Source: Candidatus Nanobsidianus stetteri | GTDB taxonomy: Archaea; Nanobdellota; Nanobdellia; Nanobdellales; Nanobdellaceae | Assembly: GCA_000387965.1 (NCBI GenBank) | Contig: APJZ01000001.1 | Coordinates: 1-32,000, forward strand | Length of the DNA stretch: 32,000 nt | Direction of reading: 5' to 3' | Part shown: positions 23,974 through 32,000 of the stretch, piece by piece | How positions within the stretch are numbered: position 1 is the stretch's first letter | How the letters are laid out: every line of letters begins with the position of its first letter | The notes under the pieces: model-generated | The model's input: the letters and a program-made list of their open reading frames with translations, nothing else | The model's database searches: none | Told to the model about the DNA's origin: nothing | Position numbers and translations under genes: made by a program

Positions 23974-24953
23974 GTTATATTTTATTAAGATATAATGGAT
24001 TATATATATTTGATGATAATTTGGAAAAATTTCAGAAAATTGATTTAGAATTAAATTTAGATGATTTAAAGGAAATATATAAAAATAAATTACCTGAAAA
24101 GGTAAAAAATTATATAAAAGAAAATGATATTTTTATTGGACAAAGGTTTGATGGATATAAATATACTGAAGATATAAATATAATAAGAAAGGCATTGGAA
24201 AAAATCGGGGAAGAAAAAATTAATAATAAATTGTTTATTGATCTATTAAAAGAACAAATATCAGATTCTATAAGTAAGGATGAAATAATAATACAGGCAA
24301 TAAGTTTCCTTGATGATTTAAATAAATCTTTGAACTTATTTATGGAAAGATTTAGAGAATGGTATGGACTATATTTTCCAGAAATTTCACAAGAAATTGA
24401 AGATCATGAGAAATTTATAAGAACAATTATAAATTCAAATAGGGAAGAGTTGATGAAAAAATATAATATTAATAAAACAATGGGTGGGAAAATATTCGAA
24501 AAAGAAGATTTGGAAATAATGAATAAAATATCATTAAAAATAAAGGAACTTTATGATTTAAGAAAAGATTTGGAAGATTATATTGAAAAATTAATGAGGG
24601 AAATCGCTCCAAATCTATCAGAAATTGCCACTCCAAAAATAGGTGCAAGATTAATATTATTATCGGGTGGATTGAAAGAATTATCATTATTACCTTCCTC
24701 AACAATACAGGTTTTAGGTGCAGAAAAAGCATTATTTTTGCATTTATCTAAAGGTATAAAACCACCAAAACATGGTGTAATATTTAATCATCCATATTTA
24801 CAAAAATTACCTCCAAAAAGAAGGGGAGCGATGGCTAGAACTTTGGCATCAAAAATATCCATTGCAGTAAAAGCAGATTTAAATAAAAAAATAATATATC
24901 AGAAATTGAAGGAAGAATTGGATAAAAGATTTAAAGAATTATCGGAAAAATGA
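23970..24953 (+). CDS. nop5: Nop5 (Nop56/58) box C/D RNP core protein
   Basis: Contains the NOSIC/Nop domain motifs FREWYGLYFPE and GAEKALFLHLSKGIKPPKHGVIFNHPYLQ. An ATGA overlap links it to both S10 and fibrillarin. Confidence 0.9.
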   Translation: MSYILLRYNGLYIFDDNLEKFQKIDLELNLDDLKEIYKNKLPEKVKNYIKENDIFIGQRFDGYKYTEDINIIRKALEKIGEEKINNKLFIDLLKEQISDSISKDEIIIQAISFLDDLNKSLNLFMERFREWYGLYFPEISQEIEDHEKFIRTIINSNREELMKKYNINKTMGGKIFEKEDLEIMNKISLKIKELYDLRKDLEDYIEKLMREIAPNLSEIATPKIGARLILLSGGLKELSLLPSSTIQVLGAEKALFLHLSKGIKPPKHGVIFNHPYLQKLPPKRRGAMARTLASKISIAVKADLNKKIIYQKLKEELDKRFKELSEK

Positions 24954-25624
24954 AATTAAAACCATTAAAAGAAAATAAGAATATATTTATTGATGAAAGA
25001 GGGAAATTATATACAAAGAATTTGGTACCTGGAAAAGTTGTATATGAAGAAAAATTGGTAAAATATAATAATGAAGAATATAGGGAATGGATTACAAATA
25101 GATCTAAATTGGCAGCAGCAATTAAGAAAAATATTGGAGAAGTACCAATTAATAAAGGTGATAAAATATTATATTTAGGTATTGCATCGGGTACAACAGC
25201 ATCCCATATCTCTGATATAATTGATAAAAATGGAATAATATTTGGTGTAGATGTTTCTTCAAGAATATTAAGGGATCTTGTTCCAATATTATATGATAGA
25301 AGTAATATTATTGGTATATTAGCGGATGCTGATAAACCATGGGAATATTTACATATTGTTACAAAGGTTGATTTAATATATCAGGATGTTGCACAACCAC
25401 ATCAAGTAAAAATATTTATTAGAAATATAGAATATTATTTAAAGAATAAGGGATATGGATTTTTAGCAGTAAAAGCAAGATCAATTGATGTATCAAAGGA
25501 TCCAAGAGAAATATTTAAGGAAGTAAGAAGGGAATTGGAAGATTATGGATTAAAGATAATAAAAGAAGTAAGATTGGAACCATATCATATTGATCATGCA
25601 ATGTTTTTAGTTCAAAATAAATAA
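24950..25624 (+). CDS. flpA: Fibrillarin (box C/D rRNA/tRNA 2'-O-methyltransferase)
   Basis: YREWITNRSKLAAAI is followed by the SAM-binding motif ILYLGIASGTTASHISDI. It lies immediately downstream of nop5, as is typical in archaea. Confidence 0.92.
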   Translation: MKLKPLKENKNIFIDERGKLYTKNLVPGKVVYEEKLVKYNNEEYREWITNRSKLAAAIKKNIGEVPINKGDKILYLGIASGTTASHISDIIDKNGIIFGVDVSSRILRDLVPILYDRSNIIGILADADKPWEYLHIVTKVDLIYQDVAQPHQVKIFIRNIEYYLKNKGYGFLAVKARSIDVSKDPREIFKEVRRELEDYGLKIIKEVRLEPYHIDHAMFLVQNK

Positions 25625-25654
25625 TTTTTAAAGGTTATTATAAATATATAAAAA

Positions 25655-25930
25655 ATGCTGCATGCTATAAGGGAAATTGATAGAAATGGAAGGGAAATAT
25701 TTAAATGTCCATTATGTGGTCATGTATTTGTAAATAGTAAGAAATATAGTAGACACTTGATGAAATCTCATTTAAGAAATGTTACAATGAATAAAAGAAA
25801 GTGGAAGAAATTTATGAAACAATTATTATTAGTTAACATAAAGGAAAAAAGTAATATTGAATTAACAAATTATGAAAAATATTTAAAGATAAAATCAAAG
25901 TTAAATAATATAAAGTCAGATAGTGAATAA
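25655..25930 (+). CDS. Small basic protein with one classical C2H2 zinc finger
   Basis: FKCPLCGHVFVNSKKYSRHLMKSH fits F-x-C-x2-C-x3-F-x5-(Y)-x2-H-x4-H exactly (C18, C21, H34, H39). The C-terminal half is K-rich. Confidence 0.6.
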   Translation: MLHAIREIDRNGREIFKCPLCGHVFVNSKKYSRHLMKSHLRNVTMNKRKWKKFMKQLLLVNIKEKSNIELTNYEKYLKIKSKLNNIKSDSE

Positions 25931-26455
25931 TTTTATCTTTTCTTTTCCAGATAATTCTCTAATTATTCTTTCATAAATTATATCTCGTATATTTTTAATA
26001 CCCTTTACTCTTCCTTCAATATCTTTAAATGATTCAAATGGTTTTTTCTGTCTTTCTTCAATAATCTTTTGTACAGTTACTTTTCCAATATCCGGTAATA
26101 ATTCTAATGTATGAAGTCTAATATTTAATGGACCAGCATTATTAAAAAATTCTACAAATTTTTTCTCATTTTTTGCTATTAAATCTTTTATTGCTTTTTC
26201 TAAATTTGCCTTTGCAATTTCTGGTAATTCATCAAATGATAATCTTTTTAGTATAGATCTTACCTTATCCCTTTGTTTATTTCCAATATATAATTCTTCA
26301 AATAAATTTACTGTAACACCTGGTTTTAATGTTAATAATAATAATGTAAAATAATCCCTTCCTACAGTATATACTACTGGCTCCTTAATATTTTTTGTTG
26401 GATCTCCCCCTGGTAAATAATATATTACAATTGCGTACTCTTCTCTTTTATCCAT
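25916..26455 (-). CDS. DUF655/COG1491 nucleic-acid-binding protein (OB plus HhH), conserved neighbour of rpoF
   Basis: EEYAIVIYYLPGGDP...FTLLLL...FVEFFNNAGPLNIRLHTLELLPDIGKVTVQKIIEERQKKPFESFKDIEGRV matches the remembered DUF655 pattern closely. It overlaps the rpoF stop by 8 nt. Confidence 0.75.
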   Translation of the reverse strand: MDKREEYAIVIYYLPGGDPTKNIKEPVVYTVGRDYFTLLLLTLKPGVTVNLFEELYIGNKQRDKVRSILKRLSFDELPEIAKANLEKAIKDLIAKNEKKFVEFFNNAGPLNIRLHTLELLPDIGKVTVQKIIEERQKKPFESFKDIEGRVKGIKNIRDIIYERIIRELSGKEKIKLFTI

Positions 26456-26765
26456 ATTTCTTTATTGCATCTAATATTTTTTCCATATCTTGTTTGCTTA
26501 GAGTATTTGTATATAATACTGTTCTTAATTCTTCTTCATTTTTTGGTAACATTTCTAATATTTGTATTTTTACTTCATCTGGTAAATTTATATCCTTTAA
26601 TTCTTCTAATATTTCTTTTTCCTGATTTTCATCTAATTTATATGTATCATTAAGGAATTTCAATGTTCTTTCCTCTACATATAATAAATTTCTCTTCTCT
26701 TTATTTTTCAATAATATATTTTTAACATTTGCAGGTGTTATAATCTTTTTATTTAGTACATCCAT
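26448..26765 (-). CDS. rpoF: DNA-directed RNA polymerase subunit F (Rpo4, Rpb4 homolog)
   Basis: 105 aa with ...ITPANVKNILLK...EERTLKFLND...EELKDINLPDEVKIQILEMLPKNEEELRTVL, an Rpb4/RpoF-like helical pattern. It sits in the conserved L21e-rpoF-DUF655 neighbourhood. Confidence 0.75.
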   Translation of the reverse strand: MDVLNKKIITPANVKNILLKNKEKRNLLYVEERTLKFLNDTYKLDENQEKEILEELKDINLPDEVKIQILEMLPKNEEELRTVLYTNTLSKQDMEKILDAIKKYG

Positions 26766-26817
26766 TTATATATCTTTTTAAATATTATTTAAAAATATAT
26801 CATGAACTTTTAATTTA
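26766..26817. promoter_or_regulatory. 52-bp divergent promoter spacer between rpoF (-) and rpl21e (+)
   Basis: Both genes must be transcribed from this spacer. The A/T block tttaaatattatttaaaaatatat (26777-26800) lies about 18-40 nt from either ATG, which would fit short or leaderless mRNAs. No specific BRE/TATA can be distinguished by eye. Confidence 0.3.
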
Positions 26818-27141
26818 ATGACTGCAAGAAAGGGAAAGGGGTTGAGGAGAAAGACAAGGGATAAGTTATCATTACATGTAAGGGAACATGGTAAAATAAA
26901 GATAAGGAAAATATTACAAGAATTTAATATAGATGATAAAGTTGTAATAAAGATTGATCCATCATATAATAAAACAATGCCCCATCCAAAGTACCATGGA
27001 ATGGTTGGAAAAATTTTAGGAAAGAGAGGAGAATGTTATGAAGTTTTAGTAAATGATAAGGGAAAAGAAAAAATTATAATTGTTCATCCAGCACATTTAG
27101 AAAAATTTAAGGGGCAGGTTTCTCCTGTTCAGGCTTCTTAG
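26818..27141 (+). CDS. rpl21e: 50S ribosomal protein L21e (eL21)
   Basis: GLRRKTRDKLS...PHPKYHGMVGKILGKRGECYEVLVNDKGKEKIIIVHPAHL follows the eL21 SH3-like pattern. Confidence 0.9.
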   Translation: MTARKGKGLRRKTRDKLSLHVREHGKIKIRKILQEFNIDDKVVIKIDPSYNKTMPHPKYHGMVGKILGKRGECYEVLVNDKGKEKIIIVHPAHLEKFKGQVSPVQAS

Positions 27142-27664
27142 GTATATTATTTAAAATAATATCCCTTATTTTTATCATATCTTCCTTTTTAAGTAATGGC
27201 AATTCAATTGTTAAACTTACACTTTTATTTAATAAAAATGTATGGGTATAAATTTTTATTGTATATAATTTTTTAATTTTCTCATATAAACTCTGATATA
27301 TTTCTATATTATTTATGTAAGAATTTTCTATTGACCTTATATTTTCATTTTCAATCAATATTAATCTCTTATTTGTAAATATTATATAATAATTCTTTGC
27401 CTTTTCATAATATTTCAATGCAATATAATATACAATTGAAATAATAAAAAATAATAAAACTAGGGATAATATGTTTGGATTATAATATTCTGAAAAAGAA
27501 AATGTAACAAAATATATTGAGAAAATTAAATATAATGGAAATGTATATCTTAATGAATATACTGATGGATTATAATTAATAATAAATAATGGATCTTCAT
27601 TTTCTAATTTTATTTTTTCATTTATTTTTTCTTTTTCAAATGATAAATAATAATCTTCTTTCAT
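27107..27664 (-). CDS. Membrane protein with bacterial-PH (bPH_2/YdbS-like) domain
   Basis: Two TM segments are followed by YYIIFTNKRLILIENENIRSIENSYINNIEI, the characteristic bPH pattern (y.iTnkRli...). Its 3' end overlaps rpl21e by 35 nt in convergent orientation. Confidence 0.5.
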   Translation of the reverse strand: MKEDYYLSFEKEKINEKIKLENEDPLFIINYNPSVYSLRYTFPLYLIFSIYFVTFSFSEYYNPNILSLVLLFFIISIVYYIALKYYEKAKNYYIIFTNKRLILIENENIRSIENSYINNIEIYQSLYEKIKKLYTIKIYTHTFLLNKSVSLTIELPLLKKEDMIKIRDIILNNIPKKPEQEKPAP

Positions 27665-27714
27665 TTTTCTTTATTTATTCAAAAATTTATAAATATTGTT
27701 TTTTATTTTTATTT

Positions 27715-28155
27715 ATGGACTTAAAATTTGATAAAAGGTTATTATTATTAACAATATTCTCAATAATAGGTTTAATTATATATATTTATTTAGAATATGT
27801 TGTTTTAATAAATAATTCATCACCATTATTTTGTTCTATTAATAATACCCCAATAAATTGTGAAAAAGTAATAGAAAGTCAATATTCAAAATTGTTTGGA
27901 ATACCTTTAGAAACATATGCAATTGTATATTTTATAATTGATATATTTCTAGTATTATTATTATATAAGAAAAAATTGAAAATAATTTATAATTTATTTT
28001 ATAGGTTAATTGGTATATTATTTGTAATATTTTCATTATATGTGATGTTATTTTTGATTCATTCAATATGTTTATATTGTTCTACAGCAGATGGAATATT
28101 GATTATAAATTTTGGGATAATTTTATATTATTATAAAAAGAAAGTTTTCGAATAA
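27715..28155 (+). CDS. VKOR-family (vitamin K epoxide reductase-like) membrane thiol oxidoreductase
   Basis: Loop cysteines CSINNTPINC are followed by VIESQYSKLFGIPLETYAIVYF (the VKOR motif S.ys.lfGiP), and the redox CxxC (CLYC) lies in the last TM. I moved the start to Met43 of the track ORF (27715), because the first 42 codons overlap the minus-strand gene and are low-complexity. Confidence 0.75.
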   Translation: MDLKFDKRLLLLTIFSIIGLIIYIYLEYVVLINNSSPLFCSINNTPINCEKVIESQYSKLFGIPLETYAIVYFIIDIFLVLLLYKKKLKIIYNLFYRLIGILFVIFSLYVMLFLIHSICLYCSTADGILIINFGIILYYYKKKVFE

Positions 28156-28187
28156 AATTTATAATTGATGAAATTTTTTAGATATAT

Positions 28188-28376
28188 ATGAAAAATAGTA
28201 TAGCAATAGATATGGTAATAATTATAGTTATTGCATTAGTTATTTTGATTTTAGCAATTTTGTTTGGATATAAGATATTTTTAGGTGGAAATACAGCATC
28301 AAATCAATCATTCAGTTTTATTAATAATAGCTTTAATAACGTTACAAATCAATCAATTACAAATATAATAGGATGA
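28188..28376 (+). CDS. Small membrane-anchored, sequon-rich protein (mini pilin-like paralog 3)
   Basis: MKNSIAIDMVIIIVIALVILILAILF... has the same architecture as the two ORFs at 21.2-21.7 kb. Its tail has NQS, NNS, NVT and NQS sequons. The stop overlaps the start of the 869-aa gene (ATGA). Confidence 0.5.
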   Translation: MKNSIAIDMVIIIVIALVILILAILFGYKIFLGGNTASNQSFSFINNSFNNVTNQSITNIIG

Positions 28377-30982
28377 GAGGAAAGATTTTTGATGATTTTA
28401 TGATGTTTATAGGTTATTATCTTCCAATATTTATTATAATTCTTGCAGGAGTTATATTTATTTTAACTTCAATATTTAAATATTACCATATTAATAATCC
28501 ATCACAATATTATATTTCAATACAGAACCAAAACAATCAAAATAATCAAAACAGTAATCTGAATACTATAAATTCAACAATTATGGTAGATATATATTAT
28601 CAAAATGGATATGATATATATTATGTCCCATCATTTATTGAAAACTTAAGTAATTGGAATATATTTTATAATATTACAAATACTTATAGCAACATTAGTA
28701 ATAATAATATATTACAAATAAATCCCGAAAATATAACAAATATTAATTCAACAACTTTTAATATAAATTCATTAAGTAATGTTAAATTAAACTCTACAAT
28801 TAGTTTATCAAACAATACTTTTGAAGGAAATAAAGTTACATATACATATCAAGGAAATACATATGAATGTAGTATTAAAGGAAGTAATAATATACAATAT
28901 GAAGCAGGTAGTTTTATATATTTTTGTATATTATGTGAACCACTAAATAATCAAAATAATCAAAACATACAAAATTACTATTTAAATGAACCTGAATATT
29001 TAAATATAACCCCAGCAATATATTTATTAAGTAATTCATATCCAAATATTCCAAATACTCAATATTATAATTATACAGTAAATAATGTAGAAATAGTTAA
29101 TGGAACATATGTAGTTATAACTTTATCAAATAGTAATGGAGGATATTCTATGGAAGATTTTCAAAATATATTAGTTACAATTGGTCCTCCTTTAAGTAAT
29201 TATATAAATACTACCCCATATTATGGAGATAATGTAGTATTTTTAGTTTATTATGCTGGTAAATATTATGCATTACCTTCATGGTATGCTGGAGAAAATA
29301 ATGGAAATTATTATTTCTTTATTAATCTATTGAATATCCCTTCATTATATAATAGTAATAGTTTTGGATGTAATTTTTTACCAATATTTGTTGGATTTAG
29401 TAATGAAAATCTATTACCATATTTAAATGGAACAATTGGTGGGGATCCTTATGCATTAGATCCTAGTAATCCTTCTAATGCAATTGAATATGATAATGGA
29501 TTAAATGTATTTCCAATATATGTTAACTTTTATTCATACAATGGAAATGTAGAAGATAATTCATATTGCGGTAATTCTAATGGATTTTTGAATTGTTATC
29601 AAAATATTCTATATGAAAATGTATTACCTCCATATAATAATGTAACTATTTATGTAAATGCAACAGGACAAATTTCTCCATATGTTGGATCATATGGACC
29701 TTTCGAAGGATTAGCTATGGATGCTGGACAAAATCAAGGATCATATGCATTAATTACATCAAATGTTTTACAAAATACATTTTCTCAATTATCTCAATCA
29801 TCAAATGGATTGGGATTACAAACATTTGTATATTTTTCTGGAATACCATGGGAAGATTCTCCAGGTAATGGCATTACTAGCTCAACTCCAGAAGTTGCAG
29901 ATGCAGTAGTACTATCATATGTTAGTTATAATAATCAATTCTATGCTGATACAGTACAGGATTATAATGCTGATGATTCAATAAGTAATCAGGAATGCGA
30001 TCCTACTTCTGGAGAATGTTATACTATAGGAAATCAAGATATAGGAATAAATGTTGGAGGTTATACATATTTGCCTCTTAATTTCCCAATATTTATGTAT
30101 GAATATGGATGGACATCTACTTTTCCTCCAAGTCCAGGTTCTGGTGATTCTTCAGGTTATTATGTTGGAATATTAGAATATAATAGTACACAAGGATTGG
30201 GATATTTTTTAACTACTCAATATACAAATAATCCAAATTCAATTGGATATTATGATTATTATTATTCAGGATCTGGAGGGGGTATTTCGACCTGTTCGAA
30301 AAATATATCTATATTAGGGAGATCCATAAGCATACAGTATCCTTGTTGGGGTCTCAATTATTATTTCGTAGAAGATACTAGTGGAAGTACAAATGGATAT
30401 TCAGGATCTGATTATTTTGCCTTTATGCCTCAAGATCAACAAGGAAATTCATATTATTCTCAATATGGAGTATTTTGGTTATATAATTGGTTCCAATCAG
30501 GAAGTAATGATATGTTGAATATATTCTTCTTAATGAATGGAAATATTTTCAATTATTCCCTTGCTTTAGAACAATATGAATGGTGCGGATTGTTAAGGTG
30601 CTATAGAGCATACGCAATACCGCCAAACCCACCAGCATCTACAATAAACGGAGAACCAATATTCGCACAATCATATATAAATGCGTATAATACGGCGTTT
30701 AATCAACAATCAAATTCTCAAAGAGCTTTATATAATTATAGAGCGTTTACTTATAGTGAAGTAAATAGTAATAATTTTGTACCTGGAACTTTTGGATATT
30801 ATGAATATTATGCAAGTAGTTCACAATCTCTTACTATAAGCTACTTACAAGATGATGCAAATTATTATAATGGGAATCCTTATTTGTTCATTTCAGCAGG
30901 TTCTGGAGGAGGATCTGGTTATATGTATCTAGATTGGGTTATAGTAACATATGGAGTTCCTTATGTTGTGAGTGTATCCTAG
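28373..30982 (+). CDS. Large N/Y/S-rich secreted or surface-anchored glycoprotein candidate (869 aa)
   Basis: The N-terminal hydrophobic anchor is YYLPIFIIILAGVIFILTSIF. A manual scan finds about 18 N-x-S/T sequons. There are 12 cysteines, several in closely spaced pairs (CILC, CGNSNGFLNC, CDPTSGEC, CGLLRC). The C-terminal ...GYMYLDWVIVTYGVPYVV resembles the end of LamG/DUF2341-type jelly-roll domains; that recollection is weak. Confidence 0.65.
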   Translation: MRGKIFDDFMMFIGYYLPIFIIILAGVIFILTSIFKYYHINNPSQYYISIQNQNNQNNQNSNLNTINSTIMVDIYYQNGYDIYYVPSFIENLSNWNIFYNITNTYSNISNNNILQINPENITNINSTTFNINSLSNVKLNSTISLSNNTFEGNKVTYTYQGNTYECSIKGSNNIQYEAGSFIYFCILCEPLNNQNNQNIQNYYLNEPEYLNITPAIYLLSNSYPNIPNTQYYNYTVNNVEIVNGTYVVITLSNSNGGYSMEDFQNILVTIGPPLSNYINTTPYYGDNVVFLVYYAGKYYALPSWYAGENNGNYYFFINLLNIPSLYNSNSFGCNFLPIFVGFSNENLLPYLNGTIGGDPYALDPSNPSNAIEYDNGLNVFPIYVNFYSYNGNVEDNSYCGNSNGFLNCYQNILYENVLPPYNNVTIYVNATGQISPYVGSYGPFEGLAMDAGQNQGSYALITSNVLQNTFSQLSQSSNGLGLQTFVYFSGIPWEDSPGNGITSSTPEVADAVVLSYVSYNNQFYADTVQDYNADDSISNQECDPTSGECYTIGNQDIGINVGGYTYLPLNFPIFMYEYGWTSTFPPSPGSGDSSGYYVGILEYNSTQGLGYFLTTQYTNNPNSIGYYDYYYSGSGGGISTCSKNISILGRSISIQYPCWGLNYYFVEDTSGSTNGYSGSDYFAFMPQDQQGNSYYSQYGVFWLYNWFQSGSNDMLNIFFLMNGNIFNYSLALEQYEWCGLLRCYRAYAIPPNPPASTINGEPIFAQSYINAYNTAFNQQSNSQRALYNYRAFTYSEVNSNNFVPGTFGYYEYYASSSQSLTISYLQDDANYYNGNPYLFISAGSGGGSGYMYLDWVIVTYGVPYVVSVS

Positions 30983-30996
30983 AAATTGTTAAAAAA

Positions 30997-32000
30997 TTAG
31001 CTGGAAGGATTGTATACTTGCTGTGGGGCAACAAAATTTGACAAGTATGTGCCTGCAGGAATATTGATATTTTCTCCATATGAGATTACAGTTCCATTTG
31101 GTTGTACTAACACTAATCCTCCACCACCTAATCCATAATGTCCATATAGTTCTGTCTGATATGCTACTGTTCCTGTTGTGTTTGTCCAATCATATACTGG
31201 CGAGTTTCCTGGTAGTCCTGCTGCATATGTGCCTGGTGTATTCATTGCTTCTACAAAGTTTGATACCCAATTATCATATGTATAAAATCCAGCAATATTT
31301 CCTGGGTTTATATTATTAGCTTCTATTACATAATATGTTTGTCCATTTATTATTGCTTGTTGAATTGGTACTTGGCTATTATTTGCATCAATTACATATA
31401 AATCCTGTAAAGGCACATACGGTTGACCATTTATTGGATCAGTTTGTCCAACAAATTGATTATTTAATTGAACTATTTGATTATGATTTTGTATTATTGT
31501 ATTTGAATATTGACCATCCCATATTACATTCTTTATTTCACTTCCGTTAGGTAATATTAACTCACCTTCAGGATCTATATGTCCATTGTAATTTATTGTT
31601 TGACCATTTGGTACAAATGCTATATATCCAGATCCTAAATATTGTACATGTTCATTATTTGAAGGTAAAGAATGTATAGCATTTAATCCAACCATTATAA
31701 AATATACTATACTAGTACCAGCACCAACTATTATTAATCCATATCCTATTAATTTACCTCTAGGACTTTTATCTGCGTTCATTATATATAATCCTTCCGA
31801 GATTGAAACCCTTGCGGGAGATGGTAATGCTGAAAGCATAATTTTTGGTCCATATTCTAATATTTTATATTTTATTTCTTCTAATTTTTTGTCTAAATAT
31901 TCTGGAAGTTTTTCAATTTTATCTTTAATTGCTATTCCATATTCTAATATTCCACCTTTAACTTTTTGAAGTCCATAATAGGTTTTATCTCTTACATCTT
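30997..32000 (-). CDS. Membrane-anchored extracellular protein, 5' end outside window (at least 334 codons)
   Basis: The track ORF starts at 31839, but hand translation shows the same frame stays open for 53 more full codons to the window edge (...DVRDKTYYGLQKVKGGILEYGIAIKDKIEKLPEYLDKKLEEIKYKILEYGPKI-MLSAL...). That is improbable by chance in stop-rich AT DNA. A charged N-terminal part is followed by the TM segment KLIGYGLIIVGAGTSIVYFIMVGL. The N/Q/G/Y-rich, Cys-free ectodomain contains the repeat INGQ.Y...YVI[DE]ANN twice. Confidence 0.6.
   Translation of the reverse strand, partial: DVRDKTYYGLQKVKGGILEYGIAIKDKIEKLPEYLDKKLEEIKYKILEYGPKIMLSALPSPARVSISEGLYIMNADKSPRGKLIGYGLIIVGAGTSIVYFIMVGLNAIHSLPSNNEHVQYLGSGYIAFVPNGQTINYNGHIDPEGELILPNGSEIKNVIWDGQYSNTIIQNHNQIVQLNNQFVGQTDPINGQPYVPLQDLYVIDANNSQVPIQQAIINGQTYYVIEANNINPGNIAGFYTYDNWVSNFVEAMNTPGTYAAGLPGNSPVYDWTNTTGTVAYQTELYGHYGLGGGGLVLVQPNGTVISYGENINIPAGTYLSNFVAPQQVYNPSS

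Noticed and set aside
27589-27714. N-terminal 42 codons of the track ORF for the VKOR gene.
   Set aside because: This segment overlaps the 5' end of the minus-strand bPH gene and is low-complexity. The internal Met at 27715 leaves a 50-nt intergenic spacer and a VKOR of plausible size.
28528-28968. Repeated aatcaaaataatcaaaac strings (28528-28553 and 28947-28968), which could be mistaken for a repeat array.
   Set aside because: They lie inside the 869-aa CDS and encode NQNNQN low-complexity patches. There are only two copies about 400 nt apart, and there is no spacer/repeat regularity, so this is not a CRISPR array.
1-32000. Window-wide scan for rRNA genes, CRISPR arrays, transposases, integrases, toxin-antitoxin pairs and restriction-modification genes.
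   Set aside because: None could be supported from the ORF translations or from visible repeat structure.

Overview
The window is a very AT-rich archaeal chromosome segment. Hand counts of single 60-nt lines give about 18-27 % G+C in most genes, and the two tRNAs are GC-rich (tRNA-Trp is 49/71 G+C). Gene content is typical of a reduced DPANN/Nanoarchaeota-like thermophile; that assignment is inference, since no search could be run.

Most of the window is tightly packed informational housekeeping genes, many with ATGA start/stop overlaps:
- Minus-strand block: tmk, aCPSF1, proteasome beta, TBP, IleRS.
- DsbA-like oxidoreductase, then EF-1alpha.
- Plus-strand block: MCM, an OB+winged-helix protein, aIF2beta, DUF424, an NMD3-like protein, an acidic miniprotein, aIF1A, tRNA-Trp.
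- ArgRS, S10, Nop5, fibrillarin.
- C2H2 zinc finger, DUF655, RpoF, L21e.

Five things stand out against that background:
1. The right-end cluster (27.7-32.0 kb) encodes VKOR, a mini pilin-like protein, an 869-aa sequon-rich surface protein with 12 cysteines, and a convergent membrane-anchored protein that runs off the window. Two more mini pilin-like paralogs lie at 21.2-21.7 kb. I rate this the best candidate for an undescribed cell-surface or host-contact module.
2. There are two compositional islands, at about 1.39-3.93 kb and 13.5-16.6 kb, with sampled lines up to 43-45 % G+C and G/C-ending codons. They carry non-informational genes: an orphan aroD, an MFS exporter, a 2H+metallophosphoesterase fusion and orphan proteins. 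The second island abuts the 3' end of an intron-containing tRNA-Ile(UAU).
3. A 105-nt near-perfect hairpin (33-bp perfect arms) and a 21-nt palindrome lie in a 524-bp intergenic region.
4. An unannotated 48-aa acidic, Trp-repeat ORF lies between the NMD3-like gene and aIF1A.
5. A small protein carries a textbook C2H2 zinc finger.

I saw no rRNA, CRISPR array, transposase or integrase. All family assignments rest on motifs read by eye in the supplied translations.
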